DNA of 64,000 nt from the human T2T-CHM13v2.0 reference genome, Homo sapiens. The translations under genes were made by a program, and so were the position numbers. The notes beneath the pieces are model-generated. The model was not told the origin of the DNA. It was given only the letters and a program-made list of their open reading frames with translations, and made no database searches. The stretch lies in assembly GCF_009914755.1 (NCBI RefSeq), contig NC_060936.1, one strand, 5' to 3'. The first letter of the stretch is position 1. The number at the start of each line of letters is the position of its first letter. Below, piece after piece: positions 43,571 through 58,819 of this stretch.

Positions 43571-45629
43571 GGGCAGCCCCCATTTTCACTAGTGCCTGTC
43601 TTAGTAACAAGGTCCTTGATATGCTTTATCTGGTGCTGCTGATCTGGCAGTGCCATGAAAGTCGAGATCCAAGTCTGACTCAGAGAGGGATGTCTCTACA
43701 AAGATGAGATAGATGGGCTTTCGCCCCAAATGACAATGTCTTCTCTGGTCTTAATTGCACCATTCCTAAAACAGGGATGATAGAAATACAGTTGACATTG
43801 TAAAAGCAACTGGTTAAATATTATGTCCAAAAAAACCCCCGATTTATTATTTTTCCAGTCTCTTCCTTCAACCATTCTCTATGGAACCTTCCTTTTCCAC
43901 CCTTAAGAGACATCCCTAGCAAACGCTGTGGCTTTCATGTCCTCAACTTTCCCAAAGTGCCCCCACCCCACCCCCTTTATTTGAGATACGATCTTGCTCT
44001 GTTGCCCAAGTTGGAATGCAGCAGTGTGATCACAGCTCACTGCAGCCTCGACCTCCCAAAGCTCAAACAATTCTCTCCTCTCAGCCTCCCGAGTAGCTGG
44101 GACTACAGGCACACGCCACCACTCCTAGCTAATTTTTAAATATTTTTTGTAGAGGTGGGATCTCCCTTTGTTATCCAGGCTGATCTAGAACTCCTGGGCT
44201 CAAGCGATCCTCCTGCCTTGGCCTCCCAAAGTGCTGGGATTACAGGCATGAGCCATTGCCCCAGCCCCAAAGGCTCTGATAGTGTGTCTGATGCATCATC
44301 TCCTACTCCCCTCCCCGATAAGCCCAGCTTTGGAGTGGGGGGAAAGAATGATCTGTGGGGAGTGGTCTGCTCTCACATGCTTGCCCCACCCTCCTTCGTT
44401 CAAAGCTCCTCTGATGCTTGGGGCAGAGACTAGAAATAAAGGAAAAGGGCCACACCTTGTACAATTTTCTGACATAGGAAATGGACTCTTGCTTGGACTT
44501 TTCCAATTACCCTTCTCTCAGCTAAGCTCCAGGGAGTCCACTTAATTCATTCTTGTCCCACCCAACATCAGGAGTTCAAGCTGCCTCATTTCGCCTCCTC
44601 TCTCTGTCTCTCTACCCCTGTACCCCAACCATCTGCCTCCCGTTTTTCTCCCTTTCCTCAGAGATTACACGTATAAGAAAAAGGAGTATCACTCTTAGAA
44701 AAGGAGATCACAGCCCGGGAAGGCTGAGGCAGGAGGATTGCTTGAGTCCAGGAGTTGGAGACCAGCCTGTGCAACAAAGTGAGACCATCTACCCGACCCC
44801 ACCTTCTCTACAAAAAAATTAAGAATTAGCCAGGTGGGGTGGCGTGCACTTGTAGACCAGGCATTCCAAATGATAGCCCAATATAAGATGAATGCACATA
44901 CACACAAAATCAATAGCTTTCCATTACACTAGTAACAACCATTGAGCTAATGTTAAAGAGAAATTATTCTCCTCCAGTAACAACAAACCATCCAGTTCCT
45001 AGAAATCAACACAATAAGAAAAGGGCAAGGGGTTCATAAAGAAAATCGCAAAGCTTGACTACAGACTTACAAACAAGGCCTGAGTAAGAAAAGACAGGGA
45101 TGATCTGTTCCTAAATAAGAAGTGCCAATGTTGTAAGATTCCTTTTCTTCCCAATTTAACATAAAAAGGAAAAGCAGAATAAATAAATGGTGGTGTATCC
45201 ATACAGTGCAGTTCTACTCAACATTAAGAAGGTATGTGCGGCCAGGCACGGTGGCTCATGCCTGTAATCCTAGCACTTTGGGAGGCCAAGGCAGGCGGAT
45301 CACCCGAGATTAGGAGTTCGAGACCAGCCTGGCCAACATGGTGAAGCCCCATCTCTACTAAAAATACAAAAATTAGCTGGGCGTGGTGGTGCACGCCTGT
45401 AATCCTAGCTACTCAGGAGGCTGAGGCAGAAGAATCACATAAACCCTGGAGGTGCAGATTGCAGTGAGCTAAGATCGTGCCACTGTACTCCAGCCTGGGT
45501 GACAGAGTGAGACTCTGTCTCAAAAAAAAAAAAAAAAAAAGAAGGTATGTACTATTGATACAAACAATACAATAAATGAAAATAAGTGAATCTCAAAACC
45601 ATTAGGCTGAGTGAAAGAAGCCAGATTCA

Positions 45630-46016
<387 letters not shown>

Positions 46017-46348
46017 CTAGAGTTGGGGATGAAGGTAAGGATTAATTGCAAAAGGATCTCCAGGGGTCTAACAAGAATGTTCTATAGCTTAATTGCATTG
46101 GCGGTGACATGGCGTATACATTTGTCAAAACTCATCTAAATATAGCCCTAAAATGGTGCATTTTATTGTATGTAAATTATGGCTCAATAAAGTGGGAAAA
46201 AATAAAATGTAATTCAAATTGAAATGTGGGCAGGCATAGTTGCTCATGCCTGTAATCCCAGCACTTTGGGAGGCTGAGGTGGGCAGATCACCTGGGGTCA
46301 GGAGTTCGAGACCAGCCTGACCAACATGCAGAAACCCCATCTCTACTA

Positions 46349-46537
<189 letters not shown>

Positions 46538-47694
46538 TCAGTGGCTCAAGCCTGTAATCCCAGCACTTAGGGAGGCCCAGGCGGGCAGATCACGAGGTCA
46601 GGAGTTCAAGACCAGCCTGACCAACATGATGAAACCCCGTCTCTGCTAAAAATACAAAAATTAGCCAGGCATGGTGGCGTGTGCGTACAATCCCAGCTAT
46701 GCAGGAGGCTGAGGCAGGAGAATTGCTTGAAGGAGGCAGAGGGTGCAGTGAGCTGAGATCATGCCACTGCACTCCAGCCTGGGTGACAGAGCGAGACTCC
46801 ATCTCAAAAAAAAAAAGAAAAGAAAAAATTGAAATGCAATTCAAAAAAAAAATTCCAGGCTGGACGTGGTGGCTCATGTCTGTAATCCTAGCACTTTGGG
46901 AGGCCAAGGTGGGTGGATCACTTTAGGTCAGGAGTTCATGGCCAGCCTGGCCAACATGATGAAACCCTATCTCTGCTAAAAAATACAAAAACTAGCCAGG
47001 TGTGGTGGTCCGTGCCTGTAGTCCAAGCTACTTGGGTGGCTGAGGTGGGAGAATCACTTGAGCCTGAGAGGCAGAGAGAGTGAACGGAGATAGCACCATT
47101 GCACTCCAACCTGGGCAATAGAGCAAGATTCTGTCTCAAAAACAAAAATAAAAAGAATTCCAACTTCAGGGTTTCAGGGAGAGGTATGGCAGAGACATGA
47201 GAACTGAAAATGAAATTCTTCAGGAAGAATAAATGCATGAGAACAGACAAGAAAAACACCGTGAGCCCAGAGAGTCCATCGACAATTCTGCAGCCCAAGT
47301 AGGCAGCCACTCTGGCCACCCTAGGAATGAGATGCCTTTGGTTCTCGCTTCTGCCAGGTGCCCTCCAACTCAAAGAACAGCTTCTAGCTCACGCTTGTAA
47401 TCCCAGCACTTTGGGAGGCTGAGGAGAGTGGATGACCTGAGGTCAGGAGTTCGAGACCAGCCTGGCCAACATGGTGAAACCTCATCTCTACTAAAAATAT
47501 AAAATTAGCCGGGCATGGTGGCTCACTCTTGTAATCCCAGCTACTCAGGAGGCTGAGGTGGGAGAATCACTTGAACCCCGGTGGCAGAGGTTGCAGTGAA
47601 CCAAGATCACGCCACTGCACTCTAGCCTGCGTGACAGAGTGAGACCCTGTCTCAAAAAAACAAAAACAAAAAAAGAAAAAAAAAAGTAAAAAAA

Positions 47695-48217
47695 ACATAC
47701 ATCCCTAAGTTGTTTTTCAAAAACCCAGACCCCTACCAAATGGCATCCAGGGGCGCACAGACCTCAGATGAGGGGAGACTGATGACCGACCTCTGACCAC
47801 CATTCTTTGTTCTAAATTTGTTCCTGAAGGGCCTGGAGGAAGCCGGGAGCTAACGTTCTTTTCTGCTGACCCCAAATTTTTAAACAAAGCTTCTCTTCCT
47901 TAACCAACTGCAAATCAGAAAATCTTTGAATCCACCTATAACCTGGGGGCCCCACTTCAAGGTATCCTGCCTTTTTAGGCCAAAAACCAAGGTGTACCCT
48001 CCATGTATTGATTTACAATTTTGCCTATAACTCTGCTTTCTTAAAATTTACCCCTGCTTTTAAAAACCATCAGGGAGGTCAGGACGTAAGCATTAGCTGC
48101 CCAATTCTCCTTGCTTGGCACCCTGCATATAAATACCTTCCCTTCTCCTGCTGCAAACCTCCATGTGGATATCTGGCCTTACCGTGCCAGGCGAGCAGAA
48201 CTCAGTTCGGTTTAACA
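47695..48217 (+). mobile_element. MER4-group ERV1 LTR (MER39/MER34-like); 5' boundary uncertain
   Basis: Typical motifs (aatcagaaaatctttgaatccacctataacctg; ccatgtattgattta) and 3' end ...cagttcggtttaaca. Confidence 0.6.
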
Positions 48218-48317
48218 CCTTCCCTCCCCCAATACACAGGCTGGGATGCAGGATGGGATAGAGTGAGGCTGTGGATAGCGAAGTAGTTTGGTTACTTTTT
48301 TTTTTTTCTGAGACTAA

Positions 48318-48800
<483 letters not shown>

Positions 48801-49192
48801 TAAAAACATGGACCAGCTGCAGTGGCTCACACCTGTAATCCCAGTGCTTTGGGGGGCCCAGGCGGGAGGATCACTTGAGCCAGGGAGTTTGAGACCACCT
48901 TGAGCAACACAGCAAGACCCTATCTCTACAAAAAAAAAAAAAAAAATTTTTTTAATTAGCTAGGCCTAGTGGTACACACCTGTAGGCTAAGGTATTCATG
49001 AGGCTGAGTCAGGAGGATCGCATGCGCATGAACCCAGGAGTTTAAGGCTGCAGTGAGCTATGATCATGCCACTGCACTCCAGCCTGGGTGACACAGCGAG
49101 ACCTTGTCTGTAAAACAAAAACAAAGTTAAATAGGCCAGGCATGGTGGTTCATGCCTGTGATCTCAGCACTTTGGGAGGCCAAGGCAGGTCA

Positions 49193-49447
<255 letters not shown>

Positions 49448-50524
49448 TTAAAAGCAGAAATGTGTGAACCTTAGATGGTAGGGCAGATTCTAGCACATGC
49501 TAAACAGGAAATAACAGAACAGCAATGAATCGATTTTGTGAACTCCCACAGTTTGCTGTTATCTAAGATGAAACTCCTGAAAAGGGAGAACAATGGGTCG
49601 ATGCATCAACATACATTGTGTTCACAGCAGATAAAAGCAAGACAGGACCTTAATGTGACCAATTTCTCTGGGCATAAAGATTTTCCACAACCATTAGGCA
49701 TTTCTCTTTCAACTGGCGTGCTTGGTAGTGTATTTTTAGAATCAAATTTCTCCTTCAGGGGTGGTGTGGTTTGAAGATGATTGCCCTTCCAAGGCAGTTT
49801 TCTCTCTGTTCCCCATTAGCAGGGTCTAAAAAAACAGCCTTTGAAAATCCAGGTTTTGTGCCTTCAAGAGCACAGTTGCCAGCTCCCTTTCCTTTGCCAA
49901 GTAAAAACTAATTCTAGCACTAACAAAAGGGTAATTCACCTAAGATTCTCCACCAGTTTTTCACTCTGTGTAACTAAGATTCTTCAAGGAACAAGAAATC
50001 ATTAAGATTGAACATTTTTTGGAAATATTTATGGCAGCCAATCAATGACAGAAATTGGGGTCTATCCATCATAAAATAATGTATGGAGAGAGTCTTGTGT
50101 TTTCTAAGCTACTAAAGTGTCTCTCTATTCACTGATACTAGTCAATAAAACAAGAACAACCCTATAAGCTGCTCCGAATGCCTGCTGAAAATTAAATGGA
50201 CATATCACTCAGGTCTGTCTGTTTGTCGTTGTTTTTAGACAGGGCCTCATCCTGTTTCCCAGGCTGGAGTGCAGTGGCATGATCATAGCTAACTGTAACC
50301 TCGAGCTTCTAGGCTCAAGCCATCCTCCCACCTCAGCCTCTTGAGTAGCTGGGACTACAGGTGCACACCACCATGCCTGGCTAATTTTTAATTTTTTTAA
50401 GAGATGGGTCTTGCTATGTTGCCCCGGCTGGTCTTGAACTCCTGAGATCAAGCACTTCTCCCACCTCAGCCTCCCAAAGTGCTGGGATTACAGGCATGAG
50501 CCACCACTCCCAGCCAGATCTATC

Positions 50525-51060
50525 TGTATTCATTATCTATTGCTATATAACAATACTGCCAAAACTTAGCAGCATAAAACGACCTGCATTTATTATCTCA
50601 TAGCTTCTGTGAGTCTGGAGTCCAGGCACAGCCTAGGTAGGTGCTCTGCAAAGCTGCAATCAAAGTCCCAGCCAGGGCAGTGGGATCTCATTCCAAGGTC
50701 TGACTGGGGAAGAATCTGCTTTTAAGCCCACATGATTGCCGGCAACATTCAGTTCCTTGAAAGCTGTAGCTGTAGCTTCTTACTCACTGTCAGTGGACGC
50801 CACTCCCAGTTTCCCTTGCCCCATGGCCCTGTCCACAGAGCAGCTCACAAGATGGCAGCTTGCAAGGGAGAAAGTCTCTCAGCAAGACACACACGACAAT
50901 CTTATGTAACGTGATAACCCATCATCTTTGCCATAGTCACCTGGTTAGAAGCAAATCACAGGTCCTGCCCACACTCAAGGCAAAGGGATCACACAGGATC
51001 TGAACACCAGGAGATGAAGATCATGGGGACCACCTTGGCCACCTTACAGTCTGTCCTCTG
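50525..51060 (-). mobile_element. MLT1 LTR
   Basis: tgtattcattatctattgctatataacaa...ggttagaagcaaatcacaggtcctgcccacactcaagg. Confidence 0.6.
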
Positions 51061-51874
51061 CACTGTCCAAACTGGTTGCTAACATCACTTTAGCTTAAAC
51101 ATCAAGATCTCCATCCCATGGCTGACCATCCTCTGCCGTGAATCCTTTAATTCCAGTATAGCATTTACCCCAAATTGAGGACGATCCTGGATGATGGTAT
51201 TTTCTTATCTGCTCCCTCTTTCTCCTTCCATTGTCTACCTCCCCTCCAAATACCAGGAATCCACACTGCTGCTCTGGTGGGCACAGCTCCCTGAGCATTG
51301 CTTGGATGCTTCCCAGTGGAGGTGCGTCCATCTCTAGAAATGTAACTGTGTACATGGAGGTCCCCACCATTGCCACTGTCATCACCATTACAGTTCATTA
51401 GCACCATGGGCCAAAGCACAGTGTCAGACATGGACTGTGACACAAAGAATAATGAGGCATGGTACTCAAGATGTATACAATCCAGATGAAAACTGCTTTA
51501 AGTCTTACCCAAGGGAGAACTGTCAACCTAAAGGGCACAGTGGACAGCTCTTAAAGTTATAAATAATCCGCATATGTCATTTGTGTAATAACAAATTTTT
51601 TTTTTATAAATTACTTGCAACTGAGAGCATAAGCTAAGAGCTGAGAGTCAACGTCCCTTACCCTACCTTCTGAAACAGAATCCAAAATATCCTGTGTGGG
51701 CCCAGTGCAGTGGCTCACGCCTGTAATCCTAGCACTTTGGGAGGCGGAGGTGGGCAGATCGCCTGAGGTCGGGAGTTCAAGACCAGCCTGGCCAACATGG
51801 TGAAACCCCGTCTCTACTAAAAATACAAAAATTAGCCGGGCATGGTGGCGCAAGCCTGTAGTCCCAGCTACTCA

Positions 51875-52021
<147 letters not shown>

Positions 52022-52277
52022 TCATCTTCTCAGTCCTCATCTTCTCAGCCATAAACTTTAGGCAATATTGATCCAACTCCTCCTCCAGGGGTGGGCCTGT
52101 ATCCAGCATCAGCCAATCAACTTATCCCGTACATTTTCCCTATGATGATTGGTTCACAATTGAAGCAGAAACCCAACCAAAGTCAACGATAGGTAAGGAG
52201 ATGCTTACTGTGGTCTTTGGGAAAGAAAAGTCTCCTCTCTCTTGAGGAAGATTTCAGAAGAGGTTCTTCTCTTACAC

Positions 52278-52592
52278 TAGTGCTATCCAATAGAAATATA
52301 ATGTGAGCTTCATATTCAGATTTCAATTTTCTATTGGCTGCAGCTTAAAAAGGAAAAGGAAAAGGTGAAATTAATTTTAATAATATGTTTTATTTAATCC
52401 AATATAACCAAAATATTATCATTTCAGTGTGTCAATAGTAGAAAAAAATCAATATTTTACATTCTTTTTTTTCATAGTGAGTCTTTGAAATCTGACATGT
52501 GTATTTTATACCTTCAGCACATCTCAAATCAGACCTAAACAGATTTCTCAAGAGCCACGTGTGACTAGTGGCTACTATGAAGCTCTGGACAG
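52278..52592. mobile_element. MER33-like hAT element
   Basis: tagtgctatccaatagaaatataatgtgagc...gccacgtgtgactagtggctact...tggacag. Confidence 0.6.
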
Positions 52593-53013
52593 TAAAATAT
52601 AAGGATATGAAACTTGATCTGCTTTACTCATAGCACAAGTAGGTGGAAAAGGAGGACTTTAGGATGAAACTGACCACAACTAATAGGAAAAAAAAAAGAA
52701 CTGGGTCCTCACTGACATCATTGGAGTCATTGGCTCAAGCTTCACTTGAAATCAGCATGACCTCAGAAACTCAGTTATGCGAGCCAATAAGCTCAATTTA
52801 CTGTTTAAATGTATTCAAGTTGAAATTCCTATCACTTCCAACAAAAGAATCTCAACGGACACAGAGAGTGAGCGATGATATAAAGCAATTTATTATGTGC
52901 CAAAACTGAAGAAGGGACAGTAAGCATCAAGTGTGTAGAGAAAGGATAAATCAACTTGAGACTAGCCTGGGCAACATAGCGAGGTTCTATCTCTATTAAA
53001 AAAAAAATTGTAG

Positions 53014-53210
53014 CAGGGTTTCTCAACCTTAGCACTTTTGACATTTTCAGCTGCATAATTCTTTCTTGTGGTGCTGTCCTGCACATTGTGGGATGCTTAG
53101 CAACATCCCTGGCCTCCACCCACTAGATGCCAGCAATACCCTTTACCTCTGGTTCTGACAACCAAAGGGGTCTTCAAATATTTCCAGTTGTCCCCAGTTG
53201 AAAGCCACTG
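53014..53210. mobile_element. MER20 hAT DNA transposon
   Basis: cagggtttctcaaccttagcact...cccactagatgccagca...gttgaaagccactg. Confidence 0.7.
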
Positions 53211-54050
53211 GGCTAGAGGTGGTATTTGTAATAAATCTGGAAGACTTGTTGGGATGTACTGTTATAATAAATCTGGAAGGCTTGGTGGGATGTACTTAGA
53301 GATAATGATGTAAATAAAGGTACCAGGGAAAGAGAACAAAAGGCTCATGAGGAAATCAATCATCATCACTACTAAGTCTCAGCTATGGTTGCCAACAGCA
53401 ATTAGAACATTAAATCTTATCTAGAAGCTCATTTTTAAAATATTTTTTTAGAGATGGGGTCTCACTTTGTTGTACAGGCTTGTCGCAAACTCCTGGCCTC
53501 AATCCTTCTGTTTAGCTTCCCAAAAGGCTGGGATCACAGGCTCAGCCACTACACCTGGCCTAAAAAATATATATATATTTTAATTCTTATCATACACTGT
53601 TGGTAGAAACTGAAATCGGCAGAAACCTTTTTGGAGAGGAATTTGGCAACATCTATGAAAATAAGAAATGTTTTAACCTTTTGTCCCAACAATTCTTCCT
53701 CTAGAAATTTGCCTTACAGTAAAAAACTTTTCCTAACATCATAATAATAACTGGGCCAAGATCATGCCATTGTACTCCAGCCTGGGCAACAGAGCAAGAC
53801 TCTATCTCAATAAATAAATAAATAAATAATGACTCTGTGTGTACAAAGAAAAATATCTAAGATACATATGCCAAGGTATCTTATGGGATGTACAGTGCCA
53901 TCCCATACAAATAAGATAAAGATCTATTGACATATGCTTGGGAAAAGTTAGGGAAATATATATAAAATGTATCAGTGGTTATCTTGGGTGAAATGCATAC
54001 TGTGGTATGGGAAAGAAATGAGGATTACACTCTATCCATTATATACAAAA

Positions 54051-55303
<1,253 letters not shown>

Positions 55304-55712
55304 AAAAATTATTCCCCACCCAAGACCCTGGCACTGACTTCTGCAGAACAGGACCTATTTGTTAGGTAAAAACTTTGGGCGGGGTGCATTGGCTCACACT
55401 TGTAATCCCAACACTGAGAGATGCAGAGGCAAAAGGATAGCTTGAGCCCAGGAGTTTGAGTCCAGCCTGGACAACATAGCAAGACCCCATTCTCCACAGA
55501 AATGAAAAAAAGACTTTGGTGTGCATCTTGCAGAGTGAGTCAGTTGTATGCTGGTAATTATTTAAGAAGTAACTCAGGCCGGGCACGGTGGCTCACCCCT
55601 GTAATCCCAGCACTTTGGGAGGCTGAGGCCGGTGGATCATGAGGTCAGGAGAGCGAGACCATCCTGGCTAACATGGTGAAACCCTGTCTCTACTAAAAAA
55701 TACAAAAAATTA

Positions 55713-55925
<213 letters not shown>

Positions 55926-56017
55926 TCAAGCAGTCCTCCCACCTCGGCTTCCCAAAGTGCTGGGATTACAGGAATGAGCCTCCATGCCCCACCTGATTTA
56001 TTTAATAATGAGCATGT

Positions 56018-56081
56018 ATTATTTGAGTAATTAGATACAGTTCTCTCTGTGTTGAGAACTGTGTCTAATTACTCAAATAAT
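56018..56081. repeat. Inverted repeat, 28-bp arms and 8-nt loop
   Basis: ATTATTTGAGTAATTAGATACAGTTCTC / GAGAACTGTGTCTAATTACTCAAATAAT, with 1 mismatch. Confidence 0.9.
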
Positions 56082-56747
56082 TCTGTCAACACAGAGTTGA
56101 GAGAACTTTCTTACCATACTCAGTAGAACATGGCAGAGATTCTTTAAATGCAAGGAGGCACCTATAGGAAGTAATCAAGTCCTGGAATGTCACCTAAACC
56201 AGTCGGGTCTGTTTAGAGAGAGGGTTTTTGTTACAGAATATAACCTCCCAAAAACTCCTTTTTATTTATTTTTTTTCAATTCTGTTTTGGCTGAAGTATG
56301 TGGAAGCAAATCCATTCCAATCATAACTTTGGGTAAAAATGACTCCTATCCATATCATAATAGGACCCAGGAGTATTGCCTGCTGATCCCAGCAAAATGT
56401 AGAAAGAGAGCATCTCTGATGCAACTTAAACTTAGATTGAAGAAGGGTTGGTCAGGCCAGGTACAGTAGCTCACATCTGTAATCTCAGCATTTTGGGAGG
56501 CCAAGGCGGGCAGATTACTTGAGCTCAGGAGTTCAAGACCAGCCTGGGCAATATAGCAAGACCCTGTCTCTAGGAAAAAAAAAAAAAAGAAGAAGAAAAA
56601 GTTTGGCCATTATGTTTATATTTGGAAAATAAATTTTATTTATTTCTTAAAACGGTCTTGTGAGGTAAGTACTATGTATTCCATTTTATAGATGATGCAC
56701 CTAAGAACACCAAGAGATTAACTGGCCATCCTGAGTGTACAGTTTAA

Positions 56748-57035
<288 letters not shown>

Positions 57036-57678
57036 TGATCTCGAACTCCTGACCTCAAGTGATCTGCTCACTTCAGCCTCCCAAGTGCTGGGATTACAGG
57101 CGTGAACCACCACACCCGGCCAGAATATTTTTATCACCCCAATAAGGTCTCTCATGCCCATTTACAATTAATCCCCATTTCCACCTCCAGCTCCAGGCAA
57201 CCACGACTCTACTTTCTGTCTTTATAATTTGCTTTTCCTGGGTATGTCATATAAAAACAATCATGTAATATGTGGTCTTTTGCATCTGGCTCCTTTCACT
57301 GAGCATAACGTTTTCGAGGCCCAGGCACGTCGTAGCGTATATCAGTACATCATTTCTTTTTATAGCTGAGTAGTAACGATAGACCACATTTTGTTTACAC
57401 AGTAAACATTTTGAGTTGCTTCCACATATGGGCTATTATGAATAATGTTGCTATGAACATTCACACACTAAGCTTTGTATGGAGGTATGTTTTTACTTCT
57501 CTTGGGTAAATACCTAAGAGTGGGATCGCTGGTGGACAGCAAGATTCCAGAGCCTGGTAGAGTGTTGTATACAATGCCGTGTTGAATAACGGGGCTTTGT
57601 ATTCATCCGTGATTATTCTGACGTCCAGGGATGTGGTTATGATTCTTGTTCCCTCTGGAAATTCTATTTCTATTAAAT

Positions 57679-58205
<527 letters not shown>

Positions 58206-58819
58206 GTTTGAATTCACTCGGGAAGTGGAAGTGCTGCCAATCCTGCTTCTGACCTGAGGGTACTTGGTGGTTTAGCACATGGTTTGGCCTGTCTTCCACA
58301 CTCAGAGTAGGTGTGCTGGGTCCTGTCTTGGAGCGCGTGGTGTTGACATCCTACATGTTACTTTATTTAATTTGTTCTAAATCAGTCGTTCTCTTGTGGT
58401 TCGGTGTGTATGTGTTTGTTCTCAAATTGGGCCAAGAGAAGTGGGGGACTGCAGATGGTACAAACTGTAGTCTCTGTCTATTTAATTCAAATCAGCCCAT
58501 CCTGGTGGTATTTATTTTCAAAAGTATGAGTTTAAGACAACATGTAATAGGTATTTGGAGTATTTATACAGCTATGCTTACAAAAGCTCAAAGCAAAATA
58601 GAGTGGATATTTGTTGTTTTTGAGCTTCCAGGTATATATATTTTTCTCTTCCAAACAGCACCCTGCTTGCATTTTGAAGAACTGCTTCTCCCTGGCTGTG
58701 GGAAATTCACAGGCCAGAGAGTCTAAGTATGCAGCCCTCACACTGTGGAAGCCAAAAGAGGTTTCTAGAGGCTTCTCCTAGCAGATCCTTTCTCTCCAGG
58801 CCCAGGGGGATGGGCATGT

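Noticed and set aside
51397-51417. REST/RE1-like TTAGCACCATGGGCCA
   Set aside because: Only the left half resembles RE1; the GGACAG right half is not matched.
53875-53918. Short imperfect hairpin (tatgggatg...catcccata)
   Set aside because: A 9-bp core stem is within chance expectation for 64 kb.
58313-58726. 137-aa hydrophobic ORF in unique sequence
   Set aside because: Non-ATG start, no recognisable domain and no supporting splice structure.
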